64,000 bases of DNA from Trueperaceae bacterium (lineage in GTDB: Bacteria > Deinococcota > Deinococci > Deinococcales > Trueperaceae), in NCBI GenBank assembly GCA_965213925.1, contig OZ243927.1, positions 1,760,001 through 1,824,000 on the forward strand, in the 5' to 3' direction. Below, one piece after another: positions 30,400 to 40,208 of the stretch (positions within the stretch are counted from its first letter, which is position 1; the number at the start of each line of letters is the position of its first letter). The translations under genes were made by a program, and so were the position numbers. Under the pieces are notes generated by a model, which ran no database searches, was not told where the DNA came from, and saw only the letters and a program-made list of their open reading frames with translations.

Positions 30400-31518
30400 A
30401 TGAAAAACTACCGCGACAAATTCACCGCTATCGTAATGCTCTTACCCTCGCTTATCTTGTTGGGTATCTTTGTTTACGGCTTTATCGGGCAAACCTTTTG
30501 GGTGTCGCTGTCGAACTGGGGGCAAGACCCCGCGCAGGCGTTGGCGCTCAACCCTAAGCTCGAGTTCGTCGGCTTAGCCAACTACGAGCGGCTCTTTACG
30601 GGCGCGACCAACGCGCGTTTTCGGCAGGATTTGGTCAACACTTTTTTCTTCACTATCTTCTTCTTAGCGGGCTGCTTAGGTGTGGGGCTGCTATTAGCGA
30701 TTTTACTCGAGCAAAACGTGCGCGGCGAGGGCTTTTTCCGCACGATATTCCTCTTCCCTATGTCCTTGGCGTTCATCGTCACCGGCACCATCTGGCGCTG
30801 GATGCTGCAGCCGCAAGGGGGCGTCAACGTCTTGCCGACGACGGTTGGACTGCCTAGCGGCGAATTTCGCTGGCTCGCGAGTCGTGAGCAGATTTGGCAG
30901 TTCAACTGGCAAAATCTTCATCTTTACACGGGGGCTTTGGTTGCGCTCGTCTTGCTCTGGGTGGCGTTTCGCGCTTTTCGCAGTGGTAACACTCAGCGCA
31001 CCTTGATTGCGGGTATTTCAGCGGCAGCGCTCATCGTTTGGCTACTCACCGGCGCTCGCTCCGCCAAGTTGCTCCCTTTCAGCGAGACGCACGGCTTTAA
31101 CCTCGCCTTCATCGGTATCATCATGGCGGCGGTCTGGCAGATGTCGGGCTACACGATGGCGCTCTATTTGGCAGGGCTGCGCGGCATCCCCGACGACTTG
31201 CGCGAGGCGGCGCGGGTGGACGGCGCAACTGAAGTGCAGCTCTACCGCCACGTCATCTTCCCCTTACTTGCGCCCATTACACTCTCCGCGATGATCATCT
31301 TGGGTCACATCAGCTTGAAAATCTTCGACCTCATCTTCGCGATGGCGGGCGCGGACAACGCGACGACGGACGTGCCTGCGCTTCTCATGTACTTGCGCTC
31401 TTTTAGGGCGAATCAGTTTGCGGAAGGCGCGGCGATCGCGGTTGTGCTACTCGTTATGGTGGCGGCGGTGATTATTCCCTATCTCTACACCAGCTTGCGC
31501 GGGGAGGTGAGGCGGTGA
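30400..31518 (+). CDS. sugar ABC transporter permease
   Basis: [11 protein letters not shown] motif; multi-TM. Confidence 0.93.
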   Translation: MKNYRDKFTAIVMLLPSLILLGIFVYGFIGQTFWVSLSNWGQDPAQALALNPKLEFVGLANYERLFTGATNARFRQDLVNTFFFTIFFLAGCLGVGLLLAILLEQNVRGEGFFRTIFLFPMSLAFIVTGTIWRWMLQPQGGVNVLPTTVGLPSGEFRWLASREQIWQFNWQNLHLYTGALVALVLLWVAFRAFRSGNTQRTLIAGISAAALIVWLLTGARSAKLLPFSETHGFNLAFIGIIMAAVWQMSGYTMALYLAGLRGIPDDLREAARVDGATEVQLYRHVIFPLLAPITLSAMIILGHISLKIFDLIFAMAGADNATTDVPALLMYLRSFRANQFAEGAAIAVVLLVMVAAVIIPYLYTSLRGEVRR

Positions 31519-32381
31519 GTACGGCGCAGAAAACGGCGACGAAACAAGAGGTGCAAACAGGTAAAGGGCGCAGCTCAGGGCGCTGGATTGTCTATCTTCT
31601 TTTAGGTATCGCTACGCTCTTCTTCTTGCTGCCTGTCTACCTCGTTATCGTCACGAGCCTTAAAGAACCCGCCGCGATCAACCTCGCCAACACTTGGAGC
31701 TTGCCCGAAGTTTGGTACTGGCAATCCTTCGCGGAAGCGTGGGAGGCGTTCGCGCCCAAGCTGCTCAACAGCCTGATTCTTACGGTTACGGCGACGTTGG
31801 GCGCAGCTTTGCTCGGCTCGATGAACGGCTACATTCTTTCCAAATGGCGCTTTCCAGGCGCGAATGTCGTCTTTCCGCTCATTCTCTTTGGCATGTTCAT
31901 CCCGTATCAGAGCGTGCTGATTCCGCTTTTCGAGTTCTTGCGCGACTTGGGGCTTTACGGTTCACTGTGGGGGCTTATCCTGACGCACATCGTTTACGGG
32001 CTGCCCATCACCACGCTGATTTTCCGCAACTTCTACGCGGAGATTCCCGACGAGATGTTGGAAGCCGCTAAGATTGACGGCGCAGGCTTTTTTGGGCTGT
32101 ACCGCCGCATCATCTTTCCGCTCTCTATTTCGGGTTTCGTCGTCGTCATCATCTGGCAATTCACGCAGGTCTGGAACGAATTCCTTTTTGCCGTCACCTT
32201 GACGCGGCAGAGTTCACAGCCGATTACGGTAGCGCTCGCGCAGCTTGCGGGGGGGCAAGCGGTAGACTGGAACTTGCCGATGGCTGGAGCGATTTTAGCG
32301 GCGCTGCCGACGCTCTTAATTTATATTATTTTAGGGCGTTACTTCATCCGGGGTTTGCTGGCGGGGTCGGTTAAGGGGTAG
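31515..32381 (+). CDS. sugar ABC transporter permease
   Basis: [23 protein letters not shown]. Confidence 0.93.
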   Translation: MSTAQKTATKQEVQTGKGRSSGRWIVYLLLGIATLFFLLPVYLVIVTSLKEPAAINLANTWSLPEVWYWQSFAEAWEAFAPKLLNSLILTVTATLGAALLGSMNGYILSKWRFPGANVVFPLILFGMFIPYQSVLIPLFEFLRDLGLYGSLWGLILTHIVYGLPITTLIFRNFYAEIPDEMLEAAKIDGAGFFGLYRRIIFPLSISGFVVVIIWQFTQVWNEFLFAVTLTRQSSQPITVALAQLAGGQAVDWNLPMAGAILAALPTLLIYIILGRYFIRGLLAGSVKG

Positions 32382-32599
32382 CTCGTGCTCCGACTTAGGG
32401 TTGCGCAACCTTCTTGAGAGGTGCGTTATTACAGCGCGCTCTGGGCCTACTGAAAGAATCGTAAAATACTTGTGCCACCAAGGGAAGTTGAGCGTTGTTG
32501 AGCACCTTTCGTGCAAAGTGTCAATGGGAAACATCGGTTGGCGAGTAGGCGGCGGAATTCTGGCGGATTGAGTTCGGCGTTGTAGCTCATGTTTAATGT

Positions 32600-32968
32600 G
32601 CGTTGTCCCGATGAGCGCGTCGTGGGCTCGGTTCGACCAAAGGCGCAAGAGGTCTAAGGAGGTGAACTCGAGCGTTATAGCAAGTATCATTTGGTTTGAG
32701 CCAGTCTTACGCTGGAGAACACCGACGAGCACGCATATTCTTGAATGAAATCCCGCTAGTTCTTCGAACTGAGACTTGCGCTATTCCAATTCAGTACTTC
32801 TGTGAACTGCTTTAGATAGCACCCTTCGGGTTCTTCGACGTGCGTAAGCTGCTTCACCGCGATAAACCCCTCGAACGAGCGGAGCGCGTTGGCGGTTTCC
32901 TCTAGTCAAATTGGAAAGTAATCGTATCCCTCTTTGCTCAAAAAATGCTGAACATAGACGAGAATCAT
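32600..32968 (-). pseudogene. small decayed gene with a nonsense codon and a 134-bp insertion; 3' end approximate
   Basis: ATG 32968 reads MILVYVQHFLSKEGYDYFPI*LEETANALRSFEGFIAVKQL..GCYL, then insertion, then TLEFTSLDLLRLW in frame. Confidence 0.6.
32678..32811. mobile_element. 134-bp MITE/IS remnant with TTA (or TA) target duplication
   Basis: TTA at 32675-77 and 32812-14; ends TAGCAAGTATCA / TGTGAACTGCT; removal restores the reading frame. Confidence 0.6.
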
Positions 32969-32981
32969 TCGGTATGAGCGC

Positions 32982-33527
32982 TTAGAGCCACACGTGAACG
33001 TGCTCAGGAAAGGCTAAGGGCGCAAACGCTTCGCCAAAAGGAACCTCAAAAACTGTTTCGTATCGCTCGCCTTTGGGCTCGCGGTGAATGGTCCACCGTT
33101 CGGCGCTAATATCAGCTACCCAGTAATTTTTGATACCGACCCTCGCGTAGATACTGCGTTTGCGACCTAAAAGCTTGAGAGAGGTGTTGGCGACTTCGAT
33201 CAGCAAAAAGATGTCCGCTGGCTTGGGTCGCGTCACAGAATAGTCCCTCCGTTGAACAAGAGCCACATCAGGCTGCGGCAACCATTCAGGCAACTCTACA
33301 TCCACTGAATTCTGAACGCGCACCAGTGCCTGTTCATAGAAGGTGTGAGCAAGTTTCTCGGTTAGCACATCAATAGAAAATTCATGCTTAGGGTCGGGAG
33401 GGCTCATGTCAACGATCATCCCACCAAGAAGTTCAACACGTTGGTCCTCAAAAAGCCCCGCGTTGACCATGACCATAAAGTCGTCTACGGTGAAAGAGTG
33501 AGGTTTAAGCATGAGGTATTTTAGCAT
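32982..33527 (-). CDS. Uma2-family PD-(D/E)XK endonuclease
   Basis: RVELLGG.IV.M.P..P.H, PQPDV, LLIEVA, YARVGI..YW. Confidence 0.9.
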   Translation of the reverse strand: MLKYLMLKPHSFTVDDFMVMVNAGLFEDQRVELLGGMIVDMSPPDPKHEFSIDVLTEKLAHTFYEQALVRVQNSVDVELPEWLPQPDVALVQRRDYSVTRPKPADIFLLIEVANTSLKLLGRKRSIYARVGIKNYWVADISAERWTIHREPKGERYETVFEVPFGEAFAPLAFPEHVHVWL

Positions 33528-33657
33528 TTCAGCTAGTCAGCACAGGTGAAGGCTAAGAGTCTACTGAGCTTTGCTCTAACCTGTGTCAGGTTTTCGCTCC
33601 TGACTCGCTGAAGTCCAGTCATACCCGAAGGGCACAGGGCTGGATGAACGATGCTGA

Positions 33658-34587
33658 CTAGCTGACCGGCTCCCCTACCCAATCCCTCGGCTGTAAAAAC
33701 GAAAGCATTTCCGCTTCTGGCGTGCCCGCTTCGGGCTGATAACCGAAGGTCCAGTGCGCGTAAGGGGGCATACTCATCAAAATCGCTTCGATATTGCCGT
33801 TGGTCTGCAAGCCGAAGAGCGTGCCCCGGTCATACACAAGGTTGAATTCGACGTAGCGCCCGCGCCGGTAGAGTTGCCACTGTCTTTCGCGTTCACCGTA
33901 AGGAACATTCATGCGCTTGCGAACGATGGGCGGGTACGCCTCTAAAATCGTCTGAATGCCGTCCTCGACAAACGCAAAATTCGTCTCCCAATCGCCCTCT
34001 TTGACGGGTGAAAGCTCGTCGAAGAAGATACCGCCGATGCCCCTCATCTCGTGGCGGTGCTTGATATAGAAGTAGCGGTCGCACGTCTCTTTGAGTGTCT
34101 CGTAGTCGCCTACCGGATGACGGTCGCACTGCGCTTTGAGCGTTTGGTGAAAGTGAATAGCATCTTCGGTAAAGGGATAGTTCGGCGTCATGTCTGCGCC
34201 GCCGCCGAACCACCACACCTCGCTCTCGTCACCTGCTTCGCCCACTTCGAAATAGCGGTAATTCGCGTGAAAAGCAGGCGCATAAGGGTTACGTGGGTGT
34301 AAAACCATCGAGATACCCGTTACAAAATAGGGTTTGCCGTCGGTACCGGGATGCTGCGCGGCGAGGCTCGGCGGAACTTGGTCGCCCTGAATAACGGAGT
34401 AGTTGACACCCGCGCGCTCAAAGACGTTGCCGCCCTCCAAGACTCTCGCCCAGCCGCCACCGCCACCTGGACGCGTCCAGGTGTGCGGCTTGAATGTACC
34501 CTCGCCGTCAATCTCTTCGAACGTAGCGATAAGTTTCTCTTGTCCCTCACGCATGAGGGCGACGACGCGCTCGCGGCGAGTGGACAT
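33658..34587 (-). CDS. hemF: oxygen-dependent coproporphyrinogen-III oxidase
   Basis: GGGGG, HP.NP..P..HANYRYF, WWFGGG.D, RG.GGIFFD, RRGRYVEFNL.YDRGT. Confidence 0.97.
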   Translation of the reverse strand: MSTRRERVVALMREGQEKLIATFEEIDGEGTFKPHTWTRPGGGGGWARVLEGGNVFERAGVNYSVIQGDQVPPSLAAQHPGTDGKPYFVTGISMVLHPRNPYAPAFHANYRYFEVGEAGDESEVWWFGGGADMTPNYPFTEDAIHFHQTLKAQCDRHPVGDYETLKETCDRYFYIKHRHEMRGIGGIFFDELSPVKEGDWETNFAFVEDGIQTILEAYPPIVRKRMNVPYGERERQWQLYRRGRYVEFNLVYDRGTLFGLQTNGNIEAILMSMPPYAHWTFGYQPEAGTPEAEMLSFLQPRDWVGEPVS

Positions 34588-35000
34588 CAGTTGAGCCTTT
34601 CTGAATAGAGGTCAAGCGGCAGATGTTCCGCGAAATAGGTAAAATCTCTGTCCGTCGTGAGCAAGGGCAAATCATGATTGATCGCCTGAGCGCAAACCAA
34701 GAAGTCAGCCGCCGAGCCCTGAATCCCTTTGACGCGGCAGGTGTTATAGCATGTTGCAGCCGTAAGGTGATCGTGGCTACTTGCGAGGAGGTCAGGAAAG
34801 CCTCCTAAAACTGAAAGAAATTTGTCGAAGCGCCCTGACTCTTTGATACCAGACAGTAACTCTTGCTTAACGATACCGAGCATCTGCACGCGCTGTTCAC
34901 GGATAAGTTTTTTTAGCGCGGTAACCTCTAGTTCAGGGCGGTTGCGCTGCCGTAAAAAGAGTGACCACACCGAGGTGTCAACGATGACCTTCACCGCCAC
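34587..35000 (-). CDS. vapC: PIN-domain toxin
   Basis: VDTSVW, QELL.G, D.L..A.A, T.DRDF. Confidence 0.9.
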   Translation of the reverse strand: MAVKVIVDTSVWSLFLRQRNRPELEVTALKKLIREQRVQMLGIVKQELLSGIKESGRFDKFLSVLGGFPDLLASSHDHLTAATCYNTCRVKGIQGSAADFLVCAQAINHDLPLLTTDRDFTYFAEHLPLDLYSERLN

Positions 35001-35002
35001 AC

Positions 35003-35203
35003 TTACCGCCTTTGTCGCTGTTTTTTGTAGTCGTAATCGTCGTAATACTCAATTTGCCCCTCGAGTTCCAATATCTCCAACTGCTTGTGATGCTCGATAA
35101 ACGCTCTAAGCGCCTGGTTGACCGTTTCCTTTTTGGTTTTGAAGTCGCCTAGTTTTTGCGCCTCGAGCAGCAATTCGTCGTCAATCTGTAAGTTCGTCGC
35201 CAT
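35003..35203 (-). CDS. vapB: VapB-type antitoxin
   Basis: MATNLQIDDELL..A......TKKETVN.AL. Start re-called at ATG 35203; TAAAAT 5 nt upstream. Confidence 0.9.
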   Translation of the reverse strand: MATNLQIDDELLLEAQKLGDFKTKKETVNQALRAFIEHHKQLEILELEGQIEYYDDYDYKKQRQRR

Positions 35204-35249
35204 GCCTGATTTTATCACACAACGTATTGTGTAAGCTCGAGCCGACCTC

Positions 35250-36272
35250 TTACTGCGCTAAAACCGTACGCCTGTCAAACGCCTTCACCGTCTCCACCAA
35301 ATGCTTGACCTTCTCGGGGTCGGTCTGCTTCATAATGCCGTGCCCTAGGTTAAAAATGTGCGCGCCGCCCAAGCCTTCACGCAGCACACGCTCCGCCTCC
35401 TCGGTCACGACCTCTTCGGGCGCGAGTAAAACGGCGGGGTCCAAGTTGCCCTGCAAGGTCTTACCGGGCAGCAGCGGTCTCACTTGCGAGAGCGGCACGC
35501 GCCAGTCCACACTCACCACTTCACAGGCGAGGTCTTTGATTTCGTTGTAGAGGTGCAGCGCGTCCACGGCGATGTAGAGACGCGGAATGTCGTAAGAGGC
35601 GAGGACGTCAAAGACACGTTGATTGTAGGGCTTGGCGAATTCGGCGTAAGTTCGCGCGGTATGCAGCCCCGCCCAGGAGTCGAAAAGCTGCACGGCTTGT
35701 GCGCCCGCTTCGATCTGCATCGTAAGATATCGAATCGAGACCTCGGTGAGTTTCTCTAGCAACCTATGCGCCGCCTGGGGTGCGTAGCGCAAAAATTGCC
35801 GGAAGTCCTCGTAGTCTTTCGAGCCGCCGCCCTGAATCATGTAGGTCGCGAGCGTCAGCGGTGCGCCGCCAAAGCCGATGAGGGGGACCGGAGCGTCAGC
35901 GCGGATGAGTTTAATCGCATCGGCAACGTAGGGCGCAATCTCGTCCTTTTCAGGAACATGCAGGGCGTCTACTGCCCCTTCTGAGCGTACCGGCTCCTCG
36001 AAAACGGGACCGGGGCGAAAGTCGATTTTCACGCCCATCGGCGGCAGCGGCGTCATGATGTCTTGAAAAAGAATAGCGGCGTCTAGCCCGAAGCGGCGAA
36101 CCGGTTGCAGGGTGATTTCGGCGGCCAATTCGGGCGTGCGGCACATCTCCCAGAAGTTGGACTTCTCTTTGATGGCGCGGTATTCGGGTAGGTAGCGCCC
36201 AGCTTGGCGCATGATCCAGATGGGGGCGCGGGGGGTGTCTGCGCCGTTGGCAGCGTCTAAAAATAAGCTCAT
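35250..36272 (-). CDS. hemE: uroporphyrinogen decarboxylase
   Basis: WIMRQAGRYLPEY, FDSWAG, QGNLDP, FNLGHG. Confidence 0.97.
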   Translation of the reverse strand: MSLFLDAANGADTPRAPIWIMRQAGRYLPEYRAIKEKSNFWEMCRTPELAAEITLQPVRRFGLDAAILFQDIMTPLPPMGVKIDFRPGPVFEEPVRSEGAVDALHVPEKDEIAPYVADAIKLIRADAPVPLIGFGGAPLTLATYMIQGGGSKDYEDFRQFLRYAPQAAHRLLEKLTEVSIRYLTMQIEAGAQAVQLFDSWAGLHTARTYAEFAKPYNQRVFDVLASYDIPRLYIAVDALHLYNEIKDLACEVVSVDWRVPLSQVRPLLPGKTLQGNLDPAVLLAPEEVVTEEAERVLREGLGGAHIFNLGHGIMKQTDPEKVKHLVETVKAFDRRTVLAQ

Positions 36273-37663
36273 ACCTCGATTCTTTCAGGTTTGAGGGCGC
36301 GTTGCATAGCGCTCCAGGCACGCTCTACATTGCGCTGTTCGGTTCGCCAGTTGCTAATAGAGATGCGAATTGCCGGTGTACCGAAGAGGTCTGTGGGCGT
36401 CAGAAAGACCTCGCCCGCGTCACTCAACCTCTTCAAATAAGCACTGATGTTGTCAAAAGTAGGTTCGCCGCTCAAGGTGAAGCAGACGCCGTTCATCTGC
36501 ACGGGCGCGAGCAGTTCGAAGTCGGAAGAGGTCCCTAACCATTCCCCCATTTGCTCAGCTAAGTCACAGCAGCGCTCCACCATCTCACGGTAGCCTTCTC
36601 TCCCATACGCTTGCAGCGTCATCCAGGCACTTAGGGCGCGTAGACGCCTCGAGTTCTCCGGCGTGAGGTGCACGAAGTTCGGCTCATCAGAGGGGTTGCC
36701 CAAATAGACGGCGGCGTTTTGAAAGACTTCGGTTTGTAGCGCTTTGTGATGTGTAAAGAGGACACCGGAGTCGTAAGGAACGTTGAGCCATTTGTGGTTG
36801 TCCACCGTGATCGAGTCAGCGTGCTCCCAACCTGCAACGAGGTGCGTGGTTTTTGAAGACACTGCTGCAAAGCCACCAAACGCGCCGTCTACATGGAGCC
36901 AGAAGGGGTACTTTTCTTTCAACTCAGCAACCTCAGCAATGTCGTCGTAATCTACGGTATTGACCGTGCCCGCGCTCGCGACCACGATGCAGGGTTGTTG
37001 GAGTGACTCGAGCCGCCTCTCCAACGCCGTCACATCCACCGCTTCACGCCCTTCTAAACAGGCAACTTTCTCCACGCTCTTTCGTCCCATTCCCAACATC
37101 GCCAGCGCTTTATATACGGATGAGTGCGCCGTTCCTGCCAATACAGGGATAGGCTCGAGCAAGCCCTCTTCCGCTACGTCTACACCGCGCTCTTTGCCCA
37201 CCCACTGCCGCGCCAATGCCAAGCCCGTAAAGTTCGACATCGTCGCGCCCGTGACGAACGCGCCGCTGAAGCCTTCCGGTAAACCGAATAGCTCGCGGAG
37301 CATGGCTATGGTCTCGAGTTCGACAAGGGGCGCAACCGAGTCGCCGTAGCCCGTCGCGTTCTGGTCGAACGCCGAGGTGAGCCAGTCGCCCGCTAGTGCC
37401 GCAGGCGTCGCGCCGCCCGTTACGAAACCGAAATAGCGCCCCCCTGCACTGCCTGAAAGCCCGTCGCCGTAGCGGGTCATGAAGTCTGAGAGCGCTTTCT
37501 CCGCACCTAGTCCTTCGGTCGGAAGAGGTCTGTAGTCCTGTTCTTTTGGAGAAACGGCGACGCTTCTATCCTCTAAAGAGGTCAGGAAGTCGGTGGCAGT
37601 GTGAAGGGTGTGCTCCAAGAAGTCAGGGAAAGTGTCTTTATCGTATTGCAAATGTTTATTCAT
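36269..37663 (-). CDS. group II PLP-dependent amino-acid decarboxylase
   Basis: GTVNT..D, HVDGAFG, DNHKWLNVPYD (PLP lysine). Confidence 0.92.
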   Translation of the reverse strand: MNKHLQYDKDTFPDFLEHTLHTATDFLTSLEDRSVAVSPKEQDYRPLPTEGLGAEKALSDFMTRYGDGLSGSAGGRYFGFVTGGATPAALAGDWLTSAFDQNATGYGDSVAPLVELETIAMLRELFGLPEGFSGAFVTGATMSNFTGLALARQWVGKERGVDVAEEGLLEPIPVLAGTAHSSVYKALAMLGMGRKSVEKVACLEGREAVDVTALERRLESLQQPCIVVASAGTVNTVDYDDIAEVAELKEKYPFWLHVDGAFGGFAAVSSKTTHLVAGWEHADSITVDNHKWLNVPYDSGVLFTHHKALQTEVFQNAAVYLGNPSDEPNFVHLTPENSRRLRALSAWMTLQAYGREGYREMVERCCDLAEQMGEWLGTSSDFELLAPVQMNGVCFTLSGEPTFDNISAYLKRLSDAGEVFLTPTDLFGTPAIRISISNWRTEQRNVERAWSAMQRALKPERIEV

Positions 37664-37669
37664 AGCGGT

Positions 37670-38143
37670 TCAATTCTCCTGAGACAACTCGAGCAAAAGC
37701 TCACCAGACTGCGAGCTTATCCAGCTACCCTTTTTGAGAAAGACCGTCCACGTAGGGTGTTCCTCCTCTAAACCAAAGGATTTAACCCATGTGTCATCTG
37801 ACAGTTCTACAACCAACTCGGGCAACCGACCTTCGGTAGAGAGACTGCGCACCAATTTTCCTTTGAGGCTTGCTAAACCTTTCTCTCGCTTGGTAACGCA
37901 ACTACGGCTCGAGAACCAAATGGTGTTGCCTTTCTCGACGCGCCAGTGATGCTCGAGCATTACCCTGGCTTCGCTCTTGTAGAAGCTTCGACCCGCTCGA
38001 AACGTATGCTTTGTGAGATCACCAAAGTGAAATAGAGCAGTTGTGTAGTAGCCTTCGTGCGTTCTCGAAATGGGTAGACCAATAATAGGTTGCGTAAGAG
38101 TAAGAAATTCTTGCCGAGAGATTTTTTTACTCTTAGACATCAT
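37670..38143 (-). CDS. hypothetical protein
   Basis: Fills the gap between the response regulator and the decarboxylase; start at MM 38143 overlaps the regulator's 3' end; appears lower in GC. Confidence 0.6.
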   Translation of the reverse strand: MMSKSKKISRQEFLTLTQPIIGLPISRTHEGYYTTALFHFGDLTKHTFRAGRSFYKSEARVMLEHHWRVEKGNTIWFSSRSCVTKREKGLASLKGKLVRSLSTEGRLPELVVELSDDTWVKSFGLEEEHPTWTVFLKKGSWISSQSGELLLELSQEN

Positions 38144-38882
38144 CCCGTCCTTCCGGCGTAAACTTGTACCCCACGCCCCACACCGTGTGAAAGTAGACCG
38201 GGCTCGAGGGTTCTGGCTCGAAAAGCTTACGCAGCCGCACCACGAAGTTGTCCACGGTGCGGCTACTCGGGAAGGCGTCGTCGCCCCAAACCTCATCCAA
38301 GATGTCATCGCGGCTCACCACCTCCCCTTCCCGTTCAGCGAGGAGCTTGAGAATGCCCAATTCGCGCTCGCCCAGAGGTTCGTTCGTGCCATTTGCCAAC
38401 GCTGCCGTCCAGGTGCGGAAGTTGACCTCATGCCCGCCAAACGCGAGAGTCGCCTCGGTTGGACGCTCATCCTGAACTTGCCTACTCTGCGCCTCACGCC
38501 CCCAATCTTGGCGGCGCAACATGTTCTGCACGCGGAGCAAAAATTCGGGCAGGTGAAAAGGTTTAGGGAGGTAGTCGTCACCCCCGGCGAGAAGCCCCTG
38601 CACGCGGTCTTCAGGTTGACCTTTGGCGCTCAAAAAGAGGACGGGCGTCGTATCGCCGCCCTCGCGCATCGTTTTACAGACCTCGTAGCCGCTTTTGTAG
38701 GGCAGCATCACATCCAGCACAACGAGGTTCGGCTGGAGGGTGCGCCACGTCTGCAAGCCCGCGTCGCCGTCAGGCGCGACCTCCACGTCATAGCCTTCTT
38801 CGCTCAAGTTTTCAGCCAAGATGTCCGCGATGGTGGGTTCGTCTTCGATAATGAGGATGGTTGAATTGGGGGATAGATTCAT
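38133..38882 (-). CDS. OmpR-family response regulator
   Basis: IIEDE, LDVMLP, DDYLPKPF, winged-helix TV.GVGY. Confidence 0.95.
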   Translation of the reverse strand: MNLSPNSTILIIEDEPTIADILAENLSEEGYDVEVAPDGDAGLQTWRTLQPNLVVLDVMLPYKSGYEVCKTMREGGDTTPVLFLSAKGQPEDRVQGLLAGGDDYLPKPFHLPEFLLRVQNMLRRQDWGREAQSRQVQDERPTEATLAFGGHEVNFRTWTAALANGTNEPLGERELGILKLLAEREGEVVSRDDILDEVWGDDAFPSSRTVDNFVVRLRKLFEPEPSSPVYFHTVWGVGYKFTPEGRDDV

Positions 38883-38917
38883 AGTTAAATTCTCAGTTTA
38901 GAAAGCGATAAGGGCGG

Positions 38918-38980
38918 CGAGCAATGAGTTGAAAGTAAAAAACTTTCAACTCATTGCTCATCGCTCGGACCTCATTGCTG
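38918..38980. repeat. family-B palindrome overlapping the kinase 3' end
   Basis: GAGCAATGAGTTGAAAG..CTTTCAACTCATTGCTC. Confidence 0.7.
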
Positions 38981-40094
38981 TCTTTTCTATCACCGAAGTA
39001 GCAGCGGACGCCCCAACGCGCTTCGGAAACACCACGCTAAAGCGGCTTCCCTTACCCGTCGCGGGGTTAGGCGACTCGCAGCGCACCCAACCGTTCATCG
39101 CTTCGGTGAGAGACTTGACGAGGTGGAGCCCCAAGCCGACACCTGTAGACTCGCGGGTCAGCTCGTTGCCGACGCGGTAGAACTTGTCGAACACGCGCCG
39201 CACCTCTTTGGGGTCTAAACCGACGCCCTCATCCTCCACGTGAATAGCGGCGACGTGCCGCTTCGCCTCGAGGCGCACGCGCACGCGCTTTTCATGACCA
39301 CTGTATTTAGCGGCGTTGTCCAAGAGGTTGTTGAGGACGATACTGAGCGCGTTGAGGTCGAGAGAGACGGGAAGTGGGCTGCCGGTATAAGTGGTCTCGA
39401 GCACGACCCCCCGCGCCTCCAAACTGCCGCGCATCTGACTCACGATGCTCTGCACAGCGCTGTTGAGTTCGGTCTCTTGCAGGGGTTGGGTGGTGCGCTG
39501 CTCGAGCCTAGCCGACGCTAAGACCTGCTCGCTGGTCGCCTCTAAGCGGGTCAGCTCGCGCTCCATGCGCTCTAAATAGTCGCGCTGCTTCTCGGGCTTG
39601 AGGGAGCGGTAGAGCGCCGTTTCGACGAGCAGACGGAGGGTGCTGAGAGGCGTCTTGAATTCGTGACTCACTGCATTCAAAAAGTTTTGCTGCCGCCTTT
39701 TTAGTTCGCGCTCCGCTCGCAAGCTCATGGCGATGATGAAAAGACCTGTTAGGACGACGAGACCGAAGAACGGACCTTCAAAGGCGAACATGCGGATGTA
39801 GCCGCGCTGCTCGCTGGTGAAGGTCTGCACAGCGGTTCTATCCAGCACAAAACGCCCCTCCTGGAACGCCAAGTGCGGGTAGTCTCGCTGGACCTCTTTA
39901 ATCAGCGCAGCGTCCCTCGGCGAACGTTCTAAGAGCGCATTGACCGCCGCCGCATCTTGCCGCCAATTCTTCAGCGTTGCCTCCGTCACGCCGCCGATGT
40001 AACGCGCCTGAAAGATGATCCACCAGACCACCTGCGCCAACACGAACACGATAATGACGCCAAAAGCGATGCGGGTGACGCGGCGGGAGGTCAT
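38958..40094 (-). CDS. sensor histidine kinase
   Basis: Two TM segments; SHEFKTPL H-box, NLLDNA, DEGVG, GVGLGL. Start re-called at ATG 40094. Confidence 0.94.
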   Translation of the reverse strand: MTSRRVTRIAFGVIIVFVLAQVVWWIIFQARYIGGVTEATLKNWRQDAAAVNALLERSPRDAALIKEVQRDYPHLAFQEGRFVLDRTAVQTFTSEQRGYIRMFAFEGPFFGLVVLTGLFIIAMSLRAERELKRRQQNFLNAVSHEFKTPLSTLRLLVETALYRSLKPEKQRDYLERMERELTRLEATSEQVLASARLEQRTTQPLQETELNSAVQSIVSQMRGSLEARGVVLETTYTGSPLPVSLDLNALSIVLNNLLDNAAKYSGHEKRVRVRLEAKRHVAAIHVEDEGVGLDPKEVRRVFDKFYRVGNELTRESTGVGLGLHLVKSLTEAMNGWVRCESPNPATGKGSRFSVVFPKRVGASAATSVIEKTAMRSER

Positions 40095-40101
40095 AAAAAG
40101 C

Positions 40102-40207
40102 GAGCAATGAGAAACGAGCAATCCAGTCGAGCTGGACGGCACGGCGAGCAATGAGTTAAAAGCTTTTGACTTTCACTCATTGCTCATTGCTTTTAACTCA
40201 TTGCTCC
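40102..40207. repeat. family-B heptamer repeat
   Basis: GAGCAATGAG..GAGCAATCCAGTCGAGCTGG..GAGCAATGAGT..ACTCATTGCTCATTGC. Confidence 0.75.
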
Positions 40208-40208
40208 T

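Noticed and set aside
32331..32732. 133-aa ORF as a genuine gene
   Set aside because: It is a chimera of the inserted element, a pseudogene fragment and sequence antisense to the permease end.
33606..33650. Hammerhead-like CTGA..GAA segment
   Set aside because: The CUGANGA and GAAA core is incomplete and stems I and III are not evident.
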